In this document: positions 53,987-63,490 of the stretch, one piece after another
Numbering within the stretch: the stretch's first letter is position 1
How the letters are laid out: each line of letters begins with the position of its first letter
Origin: Candidatus Latescibacterota bacterium
GTDB lineage: Bacteria; Latescibacterota; UBA2968; UBA8231
Reading direction: 5' to 3'
Assembly: GCA_965203175.1 (NCBI GenBank)
Contig: OZ241867.1
Location: 2,976,001 to 3,040,000, forward strand
DNA length: 64,000 bases
Translations under genes and position numbers: made by a program
The notes under the pieces: model-generated
Seen by the model: only the letters and a program-made list of their open reading frames with translations
The model's database searches: none
What the model was told of the DNA's origin: nothing

Positions 53987-56464
53987 ATGAGAATTGGGAT
54001 TTGTGTCGCCGTGCTGGTTTTGACAGGTTGGGTCGTAAATGCTGTTGCGGAGTTGCGTCTGTTCGCCATTCCGGGCAACACAACTTGGGCCGATGCTAAG
54101 CAGGGGCCGCTTTCAGAGAGTCGCTTCATTGAAGTAATCGACTTTGAAAGCTATGAGAATGGCATTGGACCCATCACGCCAACGCGCGTAGTGCCCGTTC
54201 CCGAAATTCCTCTCACCGCCGCCGAAGTGGACGCGGCAATCGATTCCAGCCTCTTTGCCTTCTCGCTTAATGTAACTAGAGCCGATGTAGTAGCACCGAC
54301 TGATATCGAACTCGAAGATGGTGAGATCGTAAAGGCGGGTACGGTCTTGATTCCTCGTTGGAATCCCTTTCCGCGTAACCTAGAGGCCGTCCAGTTATTG
54401 CGTCGGGCTGGCATCAGCGAGATTGAGGCCATGATTAATGTGGCCGAATCCTTTCCCCGCCCTCCCAGCGGTGACAAGTACAACAAGGGGCTCAACCTCA
54501 CGCCTCACGGCATTTTTGAAAGGGCTTTGACTGACCAGCGACTCCAGGAGGGCCTCTGGCACGTTTTCGATGGCGATCCACAGACCCATTTCGAGCGCAT
54601 CGACCGAGTTGGGCAGGACGTCAAACAGCAATGGAGCCTCTATATCGACTTGGGACGCTACTTTCCAGTTCGCTTGTTTCGCCTCTATCCCAGTCTTGAA
54701 GAGCCCTCGCGCGTTTCCGCGTATACCTTCTCTAGGGGGCTGCCTGGGACTGAGAAGGTAATCGCCGGTCTTAGTCTCGACGATCCGAGTGTTGGGCAGT
54801 TGGCATTCCCTAGGTTCAATAAGATAGCTTCGACTTTTCCGACCTTCGTTCTCGAGGCGAGCGCACCGGTCAATGTGGAAGACACCATTGCCGTGGCCTT
54901 TGAGCCGCAGGCCTACATGCGCTATGCGCGCTTTGAGTTTCAGACTCCACTGGATTACGATTTAGCTGAAATGGAGTTTTTAGCCGACGGTTTTGTGCCT
55001 GAAGCGATTTATACTTCCAACGCACTACCGCTGCCCCCAGCGACCTTGGGGCGGATCTTCTGGGACGAGCGAAAAATTGGCGATCCCACCAGATCGCGCG
55101 CTATCGTGCGCGTACAGACAGGCGTTAATACCGAGACGGAGGTCCTTTTTCGCGTCAACAAATTCGAGCGCTCGGTGGAGTGGAAAGAGGAAGGGGCGAT
55201 CATCACCGACCAACGGCTTGGCTCTAAGACCTTCGGCCAGGAAGTGGACCTAAACGATGAGGCTTTCAATCTGGAGGCCCGTGAGATTTTCAGTGCTGCC
55301 TTGTCCGAGGACCGAGCGCGAGTCCGCCTGACCCGCGACGAGTACAAGAAGCTGCCGGGCAATGAGCGGCGTCACGTCGAACCCGATCTCGAGTTTTGGA
55401 GCGGCGTCCAGTTGGCCAACAATGGCCAGTTGATCAATGCGCCGGGTGGTCGGCCCTTCATTCAGATTGAGGTTGAGTTTCTGAGCGAAGAGCCCGAGGC
55501 GGCCACGATTATTAGCAACTTGCGCTTTGAATACTCCGCTCCGCAGATCACAGAGCAGGTCTTCGGCGAGATTGCTCCGGCCGTGGATGTGATTGCTGGC
55601 CGCGACACCACCTTTGTGCTGGTCCTCAATGCTGGGTTAGGGGCTGAGAATAACGGGTTCAACCGCTTGCAGGTTTTCACGCCGGCGCGTGCGGAGGCCA
55701 TTGAGGGGGTGGAGGTGGATCTAGGCGACGGAGAGTTCCTGAACTTGGAACGAGTGGATGGCGACGGCGAGATAGGGGAGGGGCAGTTTCGAGCGTTGTA
55801 CGTTGCCGACGATCAGTTCGTCGTTGGTTTCCCAATCATAGGCCCAGCCGAGGAAGATCAAGTCCGCAACGCATTGGTAAAGGTCCGCTTTCAAGGCCGG
55901 GTCATTGACTTCCGCACCAACTTTGCTGCCAATGTCTTTTTAGACACTTTAGGTGCAGAAGCAGAACGACGCTTTACCAGTAGCGGCATTTTGGCACTCG
56001 GGGGTAATGAGAGTGCGCTCGATACGCTGGCCATTTTCTTGCCACAGCGGGTGGAGGACAATGACGTGGTGGATTTCGCGGCGACGGACCGGCTCTCAGA
56101 TCGCAATTCCCTAGCGGTGATTGCCGATATTTCAGCGCAGAGCGAGAGCCTAGTGACCAATTTCAAGGTCGTGCCCAATCCTTTTACGCCCAATGGCGAC
56201 GACGTCAACGACGAAGTAGTCGTGACTTTTGACGTCCAGCGGCTACTAACGCCGAAGCCTGTGCAGTTGGAGATATTCGATCTGAACGGTCGGCGTCTGC
56301 GCCTCATTGAGCGCCAGCTATCGTCGGGGGGATATTCGCAGCAGTGGGATGGCCGCGACGATGTTGGACAGGTAGTGCCTCCAGGACTATACCTATTGCG
56401 CATTTCGGCCGAAGCCGATCGTGCAGGTGAGGCCCAGACGCGCGTCGTTTCCGTAGCGTATTAG
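53987..56464 (+). CDS. Large secreted protein, discoidin-like domain plus C-terminal CHU_C/FlgD-Ig-like domain
   Basis: Signal peptide; VFDGDPQT..YIDLGRYFPV..RLYP; C-terminal PNPFTPNGDDVND..IFDLNGRRLR..WDGRDDVGQVVPPGLY. Confidence 0.75.
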   Translation: MRIGICVAVLVLTGWVVNAVAELRLFAIPGNTTWADAKQGPLSESRFIEVIDFESYENGIGPITPTRVVPVPEIPLTAAEVDAAIDSSLFAFSLNVTRADVVAPTDIELEDGEIVKAGTVLIPRWNPFPRNLEAVQLLRRAGISEIEAMINVAESFPRPPSGDKYNKGLNLTPHGIFERALTDQRLQEGLWHVFDGDPQTHFERIDRVGQDVKQQWSLYIDLGRYFPVRLFRLYPSLEEPSRVSAYTFSRGLPGTEKVIAGLSLDDPSVGQLAFPRFNKIASTFPTFVLEASAPVNVEDTIAVAFEPQAYMRYARFEFQTPLDYDLAEMEFLADGFVPEAIYTSNALPLPPATLGRIFWDERKIGDPTRSRAIVRVQTGVNTETEVLFRVNKFERSVEWKEEGAIITDQRLGSKTFGQEVDLNDEAFNLEAREIFSAALSEDRARVRLTRDEYKKLPGNERRHVEPDLEFWSGVQLANNGQLINAPGGRPFIQIEVEFLSEEPEAATIISNLRFEYSAPQITEQVFGEIAPAVDVIAGRDTTFVLVLNAGLGAENNGFNRLQVFTPARAEAIEGVEVDLGDGEFLNLERVDGDGEIGEGQFRALYVADDQFVVGFPIIGPAEEDQVRNALVKVRFQGRVIDFRTNFAANVFLDTLGAEAERRFTSSGILALGGNESALDTLAIFLPQRVEDNDVVDFAATDRLSDRNSLAVIADISAQSESLVTNFKVVPNPFTPNGDDVNDEVVVTFDVQRLLTPKPVQLEIFDLNGRRLRLIERQLSSGGYSQQWDGRDDVGQVVPPGLYLLRISAEADRAGEAQTRVVSVAY

Positions 56465-56505
56465 CCTTTAGCGAGAACGAAAAACGCGGGAAGAAAGGAA
56501 ATGCT

Positions 56506-59500
56506 ATGAAACGGTTGCTAAAGTGGCAGATGGCTCTCTTCGTCCTACTATCCCTGCCTAGTTTTTGTGTGGCCCAAACGGATGCCTATCGAATTTTCGG
56601 CAGCTCGATCCGCGTAGATAGGGCTTCGCACTGGAGAAACTGGATTTATCAGAACGATCTAGTCACAAATTTAAACGTACCAATCCGCGATGCGGACATT
56701 TTTCAGGTTGAGGCCGATGGGCTGCGGCCGACTTTCTTTCGCCGCAATATCAACGTGGCTCCGACGGCTGTCGATTTCACCTATCCCGATTTGGTCCGCG
56801 CTAACGGCGATCTAGTCTCTGGGGGTGCAACGGCCAAATCCAACGATGCCTTGGCCAATAATATCATTGATGGCGACTTGAATACCTTCTGGGAGCCGGA
56901 CACGCCGGTCAGTTATGCAAGCCGCTTGACCCGCCCTGGAGATTTCAATCCCGACGGTCTGCGCAACTGGGAAATTGAAATCGATCTGGGGCGGCTGGTC
57001 TTTGCCGATAGCCTGACGATCATTTTCCCCGCTGGTCAGTTCGAAGACGAGTTCCTCGGCGAGCCGGTCAAGTCCTTCGTGCTTTTCGCCTCGATGGGTG
57101 AGCGCTTCCCCTTTCCCTTGGGTAACAACCTCAAGTTTTCCGTCATCGGTCAAGTCTCTACCGGCTTTGTCGCCGGCAAATTGGCCCAGTGCGTACGCGA
57201 TGAAAGCGCGGGCTACGCTGGCGAGACCCGCTGTGCAGAAGAGGAAGTAGGTGAGACCGGTGAAGTGACGCTGGTTCCGATGCCTGGGACTGAGGGTCGC
57301 TACGCGCAGATGACCTTCTCGCTCTTGCCGCTGGATCGAGCTGACTGGGACGAGGATGGCCGACCCGATATTAGCGGAGCTTTCATCCATTACGTCCGCA
57401 TTAAAGTTACGGATTCAGACCTCTGGCGCGACGCCTTTTTGGGAACGGGGGAAGAGGCGCGCCTCGCCTATGAAGCATTGCCCCAAGAACAGCGCGGTGC
57501 GATCCTCTATCAGCGCCAGACTGCCGGCGGCCTACTCGTCGATCTTCAAAACGACGATAACCTGACGGCTGAAGAAAAGTATCAAGTTCTGCCCGAGGAA
57601 AAACGCGGTCCGATCCTCTATTATAGCAGGGAGGTTCCCCGGATTGCCGAGGTTCAGGTCTGGGCCAAGGGCGACAACTACGCGCTGCAACCCGAAAGGC
57701 GCGGGGGGGCCTCGTTTGAAAACGGCGGTTTGGGTGCGCCCAATTTGTCCACGGATGGGCTGTACGACTCGGAGTGGGTGGCCAATACATGGTCGCCGGT
57801 ATACCTCAAGGGCACGGCTTGGTACGACTTAGGAGCCGTGTTTTGGGTCGACAATGTCTCAGTGGTCAACAAGCGCATTAACCAGAGTCACAAAGGTGCC
57901 TTTTTGGGACCGGATATTTTGGTTTCCGACGGCACGTTGCTCAAACCCGTGAGTATGAACGATCGCGACGACTTCCCCCAGCTGGAAGAAGCGCTCAAGT
58001 GGGACAACATCATCAGCGAGGAGCACGTCGATAACCGCGATCCGGTAGTGCGCATTTTTCGCGAGACTTTTCCCTACCGCAAGATTCGCTTTCTACAAAT
58101 CCGCGACATTGACGTCACCGGGCAGCAATCCGGTCGCTATGGCGCGCTAGCGACGTTGGGCGAGATTCAGCTTTACGGCGAGGGATATCCAGTCAGCGTG
58201 TGGGCGTACTCGCCACCGATCACGCTGACTGATTCGCGTGGCAATTTCATTCGCAAAACCCTGCCGCGCATCGCTTGGGAAGGCGATGTCATCGTCCACG
58301 AGACCGATCCGCTCACCGGCCAAGCCATCGAACGCATCGAGCCGTTGAATCTTCACCCAGATGTCCGCTTACAGGTACAGACTCGCACTTCGGATCAGAC
58401 TGACACCAATTTCACGTATTACCAAGTCGTGACCGTCGCTGGCAACGAAGAGCGCACGGAAGTGACGAAAGAGGTTTACGACGAGATCGCCTTGGAGTGG
58501 ACGGCCTGGGAGATCTGGCAGACCCTGCCCGCCAGCCAGAAACACGCCTCGCGCACCGACGACGACGGCGACGGTCTGGTGGACGAGGATCGGATTGACC
58601 TGATTGACAACGATGGCGATGGTCTGGTGGACGAGGACGGCAGGAAGCTGCGCCGGGCACCGCGCTCGAGCTTTGCCAAGGACGGCGAACTGGCGTTTGT
58701 CGGCTGGAGCGAGTGGAGCGAGAGCTACCTGCCGACCCATGGCGTCAACGAGGCGACCATCACCTCACCCAACCCGCGCAAGTTCGTTCAGGTGCGGGTC
58801 AATCTCTCTTCAGAAGATCCCTTCAAGACGGCGCGCATCCGCAGTTTGCGCATTGAGTTGGCACCACCGCTGTCGCTTGAACTGGCTGGCGAGTTGGCGC
58901 TCCTCACCGACGAGGGAGTAGCGCGCGTGCCGACCGATTTGGGTGTCCTGGTTTCGGACTACACGCCGCCGCGCAATATCGATCCGCTCGCGCCGCAGCA
59001 GTTTTCTTATTTCATCCGCGCTGCCGCGCCCGACCCGACCGATGCAACGGTGCGCGACGGCTTTAACGAGGTGCTGGTTGTCGCGCCGCGCGATGCGCGC
59101 TTGACCGGTGTGCGCTTGGGGCAGGTCGCCATCGCCCAGACGCCTTCGCTCCTCAACCCGGAGGAAGTGCTGACCTCGGCGACGACTACGAAGTTCGACC
59201 GCGCCTTTGTCCCCGGTGACGACGGGGTCTTGCGCGATGCAGACGGCGCAGTGTTGGAACGCATGGCGACCGGCGCGGATTCGATCTGGGTGCGTTTTCC
59301 CTTTTCGCTCAATGCCGACCTGCCGGCTGGCCAGCATGCCCTCATTGAGGTGCAGTTTGAATCGCAGAGCTTCCGCGAGGGCATTGAATTCGCCTCGTTT
59401 GTGCGCTCTTCAGATTCAGAAGAGGGCCTATTCCAACGGGTGGACACCGCCGATAAGGATGCGACCGAGTTGGTGGATTCTTCGACGGCGCAGGTCAGCT

Positions 59501-59841
59501 TGATGGCGCTGCCGGGGTCTTTGATCCAAGACGTAGTGCTAGCACCGGTCTTTACGCCCAACGGCGATGGGATTAACGATGAACTCTTGGTGCATTTCGT
59601 TTTGTTGAAGGTACAGGAGGAGCGTCCGTTAGACGTTGCATTTTACGATTTGGGAGGACGCTTGGTAGGTCAAGGGCAGGGCTCGGCGGTTGGTGGCAAG
59701 GTAGGGACGCAGGCGTTTGTGTGGGATGGACGGGATATGAATGGTCAGATTGTGCCACCGGGGATCTATCTCTGTCAGATCAAGCTAGAAGCCGACGATC
59801 AAGCCAGCAAATTGACGCGCCTTGTTCACGTAGCTTATTGA
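56506..59841 (+). CDS. Large secreted protein, two discoidin-like domains, Ca-binding repeats and C-terminal CHU_C/FlgD-Ig-like domain
   Basis: NIIDGDLNTFW..IDLGR; STDGLYDSEW..YDLGAVFWV; DDDGDGLVDED x2; VFTPNGDGIND..YDLGGRLV..WDGRDMNGQIVPPGIY. Confidence 0.75.
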   Translation: MKRLLKWQMALFVLLSLPSFCVAQTDAYRIFGSSIRVDRASHWRNWIYQNDLVTNLNVPIRDADIFQVEADGLRPTFFRRNINVAPTAVDFTYPDLVRANGDLVSGGATAKSNDALANNIIDGDLNTFWEPDTPVSYASRLTRPGDFNPDGLRNWEIEIDLGRLVFADSLTIIFPAGQFEDEFLGEPVKSFVLFASMGERFPFPLGNNLKFSVIGQVSTGFVAGKLAQCVRDESAGYAGETRCAEEEVGETGEVTLVPMPGTEGRYAQMTFSLLPLDRADWDEDGRPDISGAFIHYVRIKVTDSDLWRDAFLGTGEEARLAYEALPQEQRGAILYQRQTAGGLLVDLQNDDNLTAEEKYQVLPEEKRGPILYYSREVPRIAEVQVWAKGDNYALQPERRGGASFENGGLGAPNLSTDGLYDSEWVANTWSPVYLKGTAWYDLGAVFWVDNVSVVNKRINQSHKGAFLGPDILVSDGTLLKPVSMNDRDDFPQLEEALKWDNIISEEHVDNRDPVVRIFRETFPYRKIRFLQIRDIDVTGQQSGRYGALATLGEIQLYGEGYPVSVWAYSPPITLTDSRGNFIRKTLPRIAWEGDVIVHETDPLTGQAIERIEPLNLHPDVRLQVQTRTSDQTDTNFTYYQVVTVAGNEERTEVTKEVYDEIALEWTAWEIWQTLPASQKHASRTDDDGDGLVDEDRIDLIDNDGDGLVDEDGRKLRRAPRSSFAKDGELAFVGWSEWSESYLPTHGVNEATITSPNPRKFVQVRVNLSSEDPFKTARIRSLRIELAPPLSLELAGELALLTDEGVARVPTDLGVLVSDYTPPRNIDPLAPQQFSYFIRAAAPDPTDATVRDGFNEVLVVAPRDARLTGVRLGQVAIAQTPSLLNPEEVLTSATTTKFDRAFVPGDDGVLRDADGAVLERMATGADSIWVRFPFSLNADLPAGQHALIEVQFESQSFREGIEFASFVRSSDSEEGLFQRVDTADKDATELVDSSTAQVSLMALPGSLIQDVVLAPVFTPNGDGINDELLVHFVLLKVQEERPLDVAFYDLGGRLVGQGQGSAVGGKVGTQAFVWDGRDMNGQIVPPGIYLCQIKLEADDQASKLTRLVHVAY
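58573..58637 (+). repeat. 17-nt direct repeat at 48-nt period encoding a duplicated DxDGDGLVDED motif
   Basis: GGTCTGGTGGACGAGGA at 58573 and 58621. Confidence 0.8.
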
Positions 59842-59887
59842 TAAAGCAGTAGTTCGGACCGGAATTCGACAACAAGGGAGGGTATTT

Positions 59888-62638
59888 GTGAATATAGTTA
59901 GGAGTTTCCGCATCGGTGTGGTGGCAATCGTGATGTTAGGAGTGATGGTGGAAGACCTCCCCGCACAGGAAGATTTCGGCTCGCGCTTGGGCGTGCGTCG
60001 TGGCGGGGAGGTTTTTTACGACCCCATCGGGCCAGGGGTACTTTTCGATGCGTTGGATCCAGCGGTGAAGAAGTGGTACGTGCCGCAGGAACTCTTCAAC
60101 GAGTACCAATGGCGGCAACAGGACTATACCAATTACGCCCGGCGGCACTATTCGCGCTATGTGAACACAAGCCAAGAAGGCGATTATTTTTACGATCTGT
60201 ACGGGAATTACATCACCCGCGGCGAACTCATTTACGACTGGAGCATTGCAGCGCCGCAGACCTCGGGTAGCAGCCTGTTTAAGACCACCCGATTCAATAG
60301 CTGGTTTACGAACTTGGTCATCGCCTCGGATCAGAAGGGCCAATACGCCTATGCCCTGACCATTGGCGACCGCATCCGCACGACGCTGACGCCGATGACC
60401 TTTTCCAAACCGACCTTTGCCGGTATTCAGTTTGACCTAGCTACGGACAAATACGAGGCGACCTTTCTCGCCTCGCGCCCTAGTGCGCCTGGTTACGTCG
60501 GAGCCTCAGCAACGGCTACTACCGGTCGTTTCCGCTCGAATGACACCAACTTGATCGGCGGACGCGGCACCATGCAGGTCGGCGACTTTGTCAAGTTGGG
60601 AGCGACCTACATCAATGCTTTCAACTCTTCGACCAAAGGGCAGGCATTTCAGGGCAACCCCTTCAAGGGCACGCTCACCGAGGGCCAGAACAACGCAGAC
60701 GTTTCGCGTATTGAAGTGCGCTTGAGCGACGATTCGCCCGAGGATGGCAGGGCGGGCGCGGCCTTCTTTCAGGAGGAGATGATCATTACGACCATCGATG
60801 GCGAGCGCATCAGCAACCGTCGTCGCATCGGCAATAGCAACATACTCGCCTTCGGCCCCGCGGTACAGGGCGGTTTTCGCCGCGAGGGTTTCCTCGCGGC
60901 CGATGGCAACGAGGTCATCGTACTAGTGTACGATTTAGAAGGCCCTCAGTACCGCAACTCCTTCGGCCCCCAGCCAGAGCAGATCAAGAGCATTGAGTTC
61001 CTGTTGCTTTTGGCCAACGACTACCGGATCGACGTTACCTCCAACCGCCAGCTCAACGCCAACGGCCAGCCGGTCTTGATCTCTGAGGGCATTCCCGAGC
61101 GCACGATGCGCGCCGACGGCAACGTGCAGGATGGCTCGAATCAGGGATTTGTGAGCGTCAAATACGGGTTGCCGGTAGCCAATGAGATCTTCGGCTTTAC
61201 GCTCGATATTATGGATGTCAGCGGATTTTACTTATCGGGGGAATACGACCGCAATCGCCAGCACTTTCGCTATCCACGGCGGTCGGAAACCGACGTGACC
61301 CAGCATACGGCGTACAACAGCTCGGCCGACGCTTGGTTTGTCAATGTGTATAAACGCGCTTATCCCTACTTTGGCTTCGGCGAAGTCTATAATGTTGATC
61401 CCGACTACAGCACTAGTTCCTTTCTAGCTGGTACCCAAAACGATGCAGCGGACATCAATTACGACGATGACATCCGTTTCGTTTACGAATTCGTCGATGA
61501 CAACGACGATCAAGATCGCAATCCCGACTGGCTTCGGGCCAATTTCTCGCAGGATAGGGAAGTCTTCCCAGGGTTCGACGAAAACAACGACTTCATCAAC
61601 GACTTCAATCAGAACGACTCCGAGTGGCGCGAGAACACAGTGCCTGATTACGAGGAGCCGTTTCTGCGCTACGCATCCGATCGACCTGAGTTCCTCTTTG
61701 GTCTTGATATGAACAACAACGGTATCATTGACCGCTTTGAAAACGACATTTTACCAGACTATCTGTACAAACGGGATCGGCGCGGCTACAACATCTATGT
61801 AGGTTCTCATTTAGGGCCGGAGGCACGGCTGACTGTCGGTCGCCTCGACGAACGCCAGCTAGCAGACGCTCGCGAGAACGCCACCAACTACGCCTTGCTG
61901 ACCTTTGACAAGGACTACGCCAGCAAGGGGCGCGTGCAAATATACAACAACTATCGGCAGGTCCGCGACGATATTCGCGACAATGTGATAGAGTGGGTTG
62001 TGCGCGAGGGATCGCGCGGCGACCTAGTGCCCTATACCGACCCTCTCCCTCTGCGCGATGGCTGGGCTAATACCTTGTATCTCGGCTATCAGTACCAGAG
62101 CGACCACATCCACTTTAAGAACCGCCTTAAGTGGGAGGTTTTCAAACAGGACAATTTCGGCGAGCGACCGCTTGATGAACAGGACATCCGCGAGACGGCG
62201 TCCTTCTTCGGAGTCCTCAACAAGATCGATTATACGTTCAACCTCGGGATCCTCAAGTTCCAGCCGCGCTGGAAGAGCGAGTTCCAGCGCCAGCGGCCCT
62301 CGCGCCGCCAGGATACGCAGGTGCGGGTAGCGACCACCGAGTTGCACGAGCTGTGGTCGCTGGTTGTGCACGTCCCAATTCTGTCGCGCACCCAATTGCA
62401 GACCGGCCTAGAGTACCTGCTCGTCGAGCAGTTCCGCGAGGAGTTGGAAACCCATTTGCTGCGCTCGGACCGCAACGAGTTGGTCTATGCCTTGCAGTTT
62501 ACCAACAACGCCGAATACCTAGGCTACAACCTGTGGACCCAGACTGGATTTCGCGTGTCGCGGATTGATCGCGCTTCGGCCGAAAGGGCACGCACTGAAA
62601 CGGCCATATTCGTCACTGTGTACGCCGGTCTTGAGTAG
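59888..62638 (+). CDS. Large exported protein, probable outer-membrane beta-barrel with EF-hand-like loops
   Basis: Signal peptide; Tyr/Phe-rich amphipathic strands; DDNDDQD, DENNDFIND, DMNNNGIID; last strand IFVTVYAGLE. Confidence 0.6.
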   Translation: MNIVRSFRIGVVAIVMLGVMVEDLPAQEDFGSRLGVRRGGEVFYDPIGPGVLFDALDPAVKKWYVPQELFNEYQWRQQDYTNYARRHYSRYVNTSQEGDYFYDLYGNYITRGELIYDWSIAAPQTSGSSLFKTTRFNSWFTNLVIASDQKGQYAYALTIGDRIRTTLTPMTFSKPTFAGIQFDLATDKYEATFLASRPSAPGYVGASATATTGRFRSNDTNLIGGRGTMQVGDFVKLGATYINAFNSSTKGQAFQGNPFKGTLTEGQNNADVSRIEVRLSDDSPEDGRAGAAFFQEEMIITTIDGERISNRRRIGNSNILAFGPAVQGGFRREGFLAADGNEVIVLVYDLEGPQYRNSFGPQPEQIKSIEFLLLLANDYRIDVTSNRQLNANGQPVLISEGIPERTMRADGNVQDGSNQGFVSVKYGLPVANEIFGFTLDIMDVSGFYLSGEYDRNRQHFRYPRRSETDVTQHTAYNSSADAWFVNVYKRAYPYFGFGEVYNVDPDYSTSSFLAGTQNDAADINYDDDIRFVYEFVDDNDDQDRNPDWLRANFSQDREVFPGFDENNDFINDFNQNDSEWRENTVPDYEEPFLRYASDRPEFLFGLDMNNNGIIDRFENDILPDYLYKRDRRGYNIYVGSHLGPEARLTVGRLDERQLADARENATNYALLTFDKDYASKGRVQIYNNYRQVRDDIRDNVIEWVVREGSRGDLVPYTDPLPLRDGWANTLYLGYQYQSDHIHFKNRLKWEVFKQDNFGERPLDEQDIRETASFFGVLNKIDYTFNLGILKFQPRWKSEFQRQRPSRRQDTQVRVATTELHELWSLVVHVPILSRTQLQTGLEYLLVEQFREELETHLLRSDRNELVYALQFTNNAEYLGYNLWTQTGFRVSRIDRASAERARTETAIFVTVYAGLE

Positions 62639-62648
62639 GAGGTTTCCC

Positions 62649-63407
62649 ATGCTGAAATATTTCACACCACTGCTTTTGGTCGGGTTACTTTTTCCGGGCT
62701 GCTCCTATCGCTACTATGCCGAAGACCTCAAACCACTGAGCGAGGCCGAGCAAGGAGCCAACAAGACGGTGGCCGACGATGGCACCGTATCCTATACCCA
62801 GGCTCGCCTTGAGATCAGCCTGCGGCCGATGACCGACGCGGAGTTGAACCGTCAGTTCAGCGCGTACTCCAACGAGGGGCCCAACTCACAGAACCCCTAC
62901 ACGTTTGGCAACTCGACGTACTTTCGCACTGGGGACACCCCGCAGCGCTTCACTGTTTTCCGCATGTATGTTTCCAATTACGAATATCCCAAAGTCTATC
63001 TCGATCCCAAAAAGGTCTATGTAACCACTCCTAACGGGCGCAAGTACTACGCGTTGAGATTCGAACAGCTCTCAATATACTATCGTCGCTACGTCGGCAG
63101 CGGCAAAGGCGGTGGGGAGCCTGGGATGCCCGGCAATGCCATGTTCACTTGGAAAGAGCGCGAAAGCATCTTGCGGCGCACGATGTTTCCCGATGAGGAT
63201 GTGTTCAGCGCTCAGGAGAACGAAGGGTATATCGTCTTCAAGCCACTGGCCCCGGATGTGGAGGAACTGACTGTTCATATCCCCGATGTGGTAGTGCGAT
63301 TCGACTATAAGGGGGATCCGATAGAGGACGTGGATATCGAAATGCACTTTGAGCGCGAGATTGGTCGCATCTATCCCGACGGACGCAAAGTGGCGACCAG
63401 CCAATAG
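62649..63407 (+). CDS. Uncharacterised lipoprotein
   Basis: GGAGG RBS; MLKYFTPLLLVGLLFPGC lipobox. Confidence 0.75.
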   Translation: MLKYFTPLLLVGLLFPGCSYRYYAEDLKPLSEAEQGANKTVADDGTVSYTQARLEISLRPMTDAELNRQFSAYSNEGPNSQNPYTFGNSTYFRTGDTPQRFTVFRMYVSNYEYPKVYLDPKKVYVTTPNGRKYYALRFEQLSIYYRRYVGSGKGGGEPGMPGNAMFTWKERESILRRTMFPDEDVFSAQENEGYIVFKPLAPDVEELTVHIPDVVVRFDYKGDPIEDVDIEMHFEREIGRIYPDGRKVATSQ

Positions 63408-63490
63408 GGCAGCGCGGAACTCACAATTGAACTTTAACTAGCTGCGCGGTGCCAAAGCGGTACCGCGCAGTTTTGTACTGGGAAAAACGT

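Noticed and set aside
58560-58640. CRISPR-like direct repeat
   Set aside because: Only two copies, in frame, encoding a Ca-binding peptide repeat; no cas genes.
45854-59841. Flagellar or curli locus suggested by FlgT-, FlgD- and CsgG-like domains
   Set aside because: No core flagellar or curli genes; these domains are widespread in non-flagellar exported proteins.
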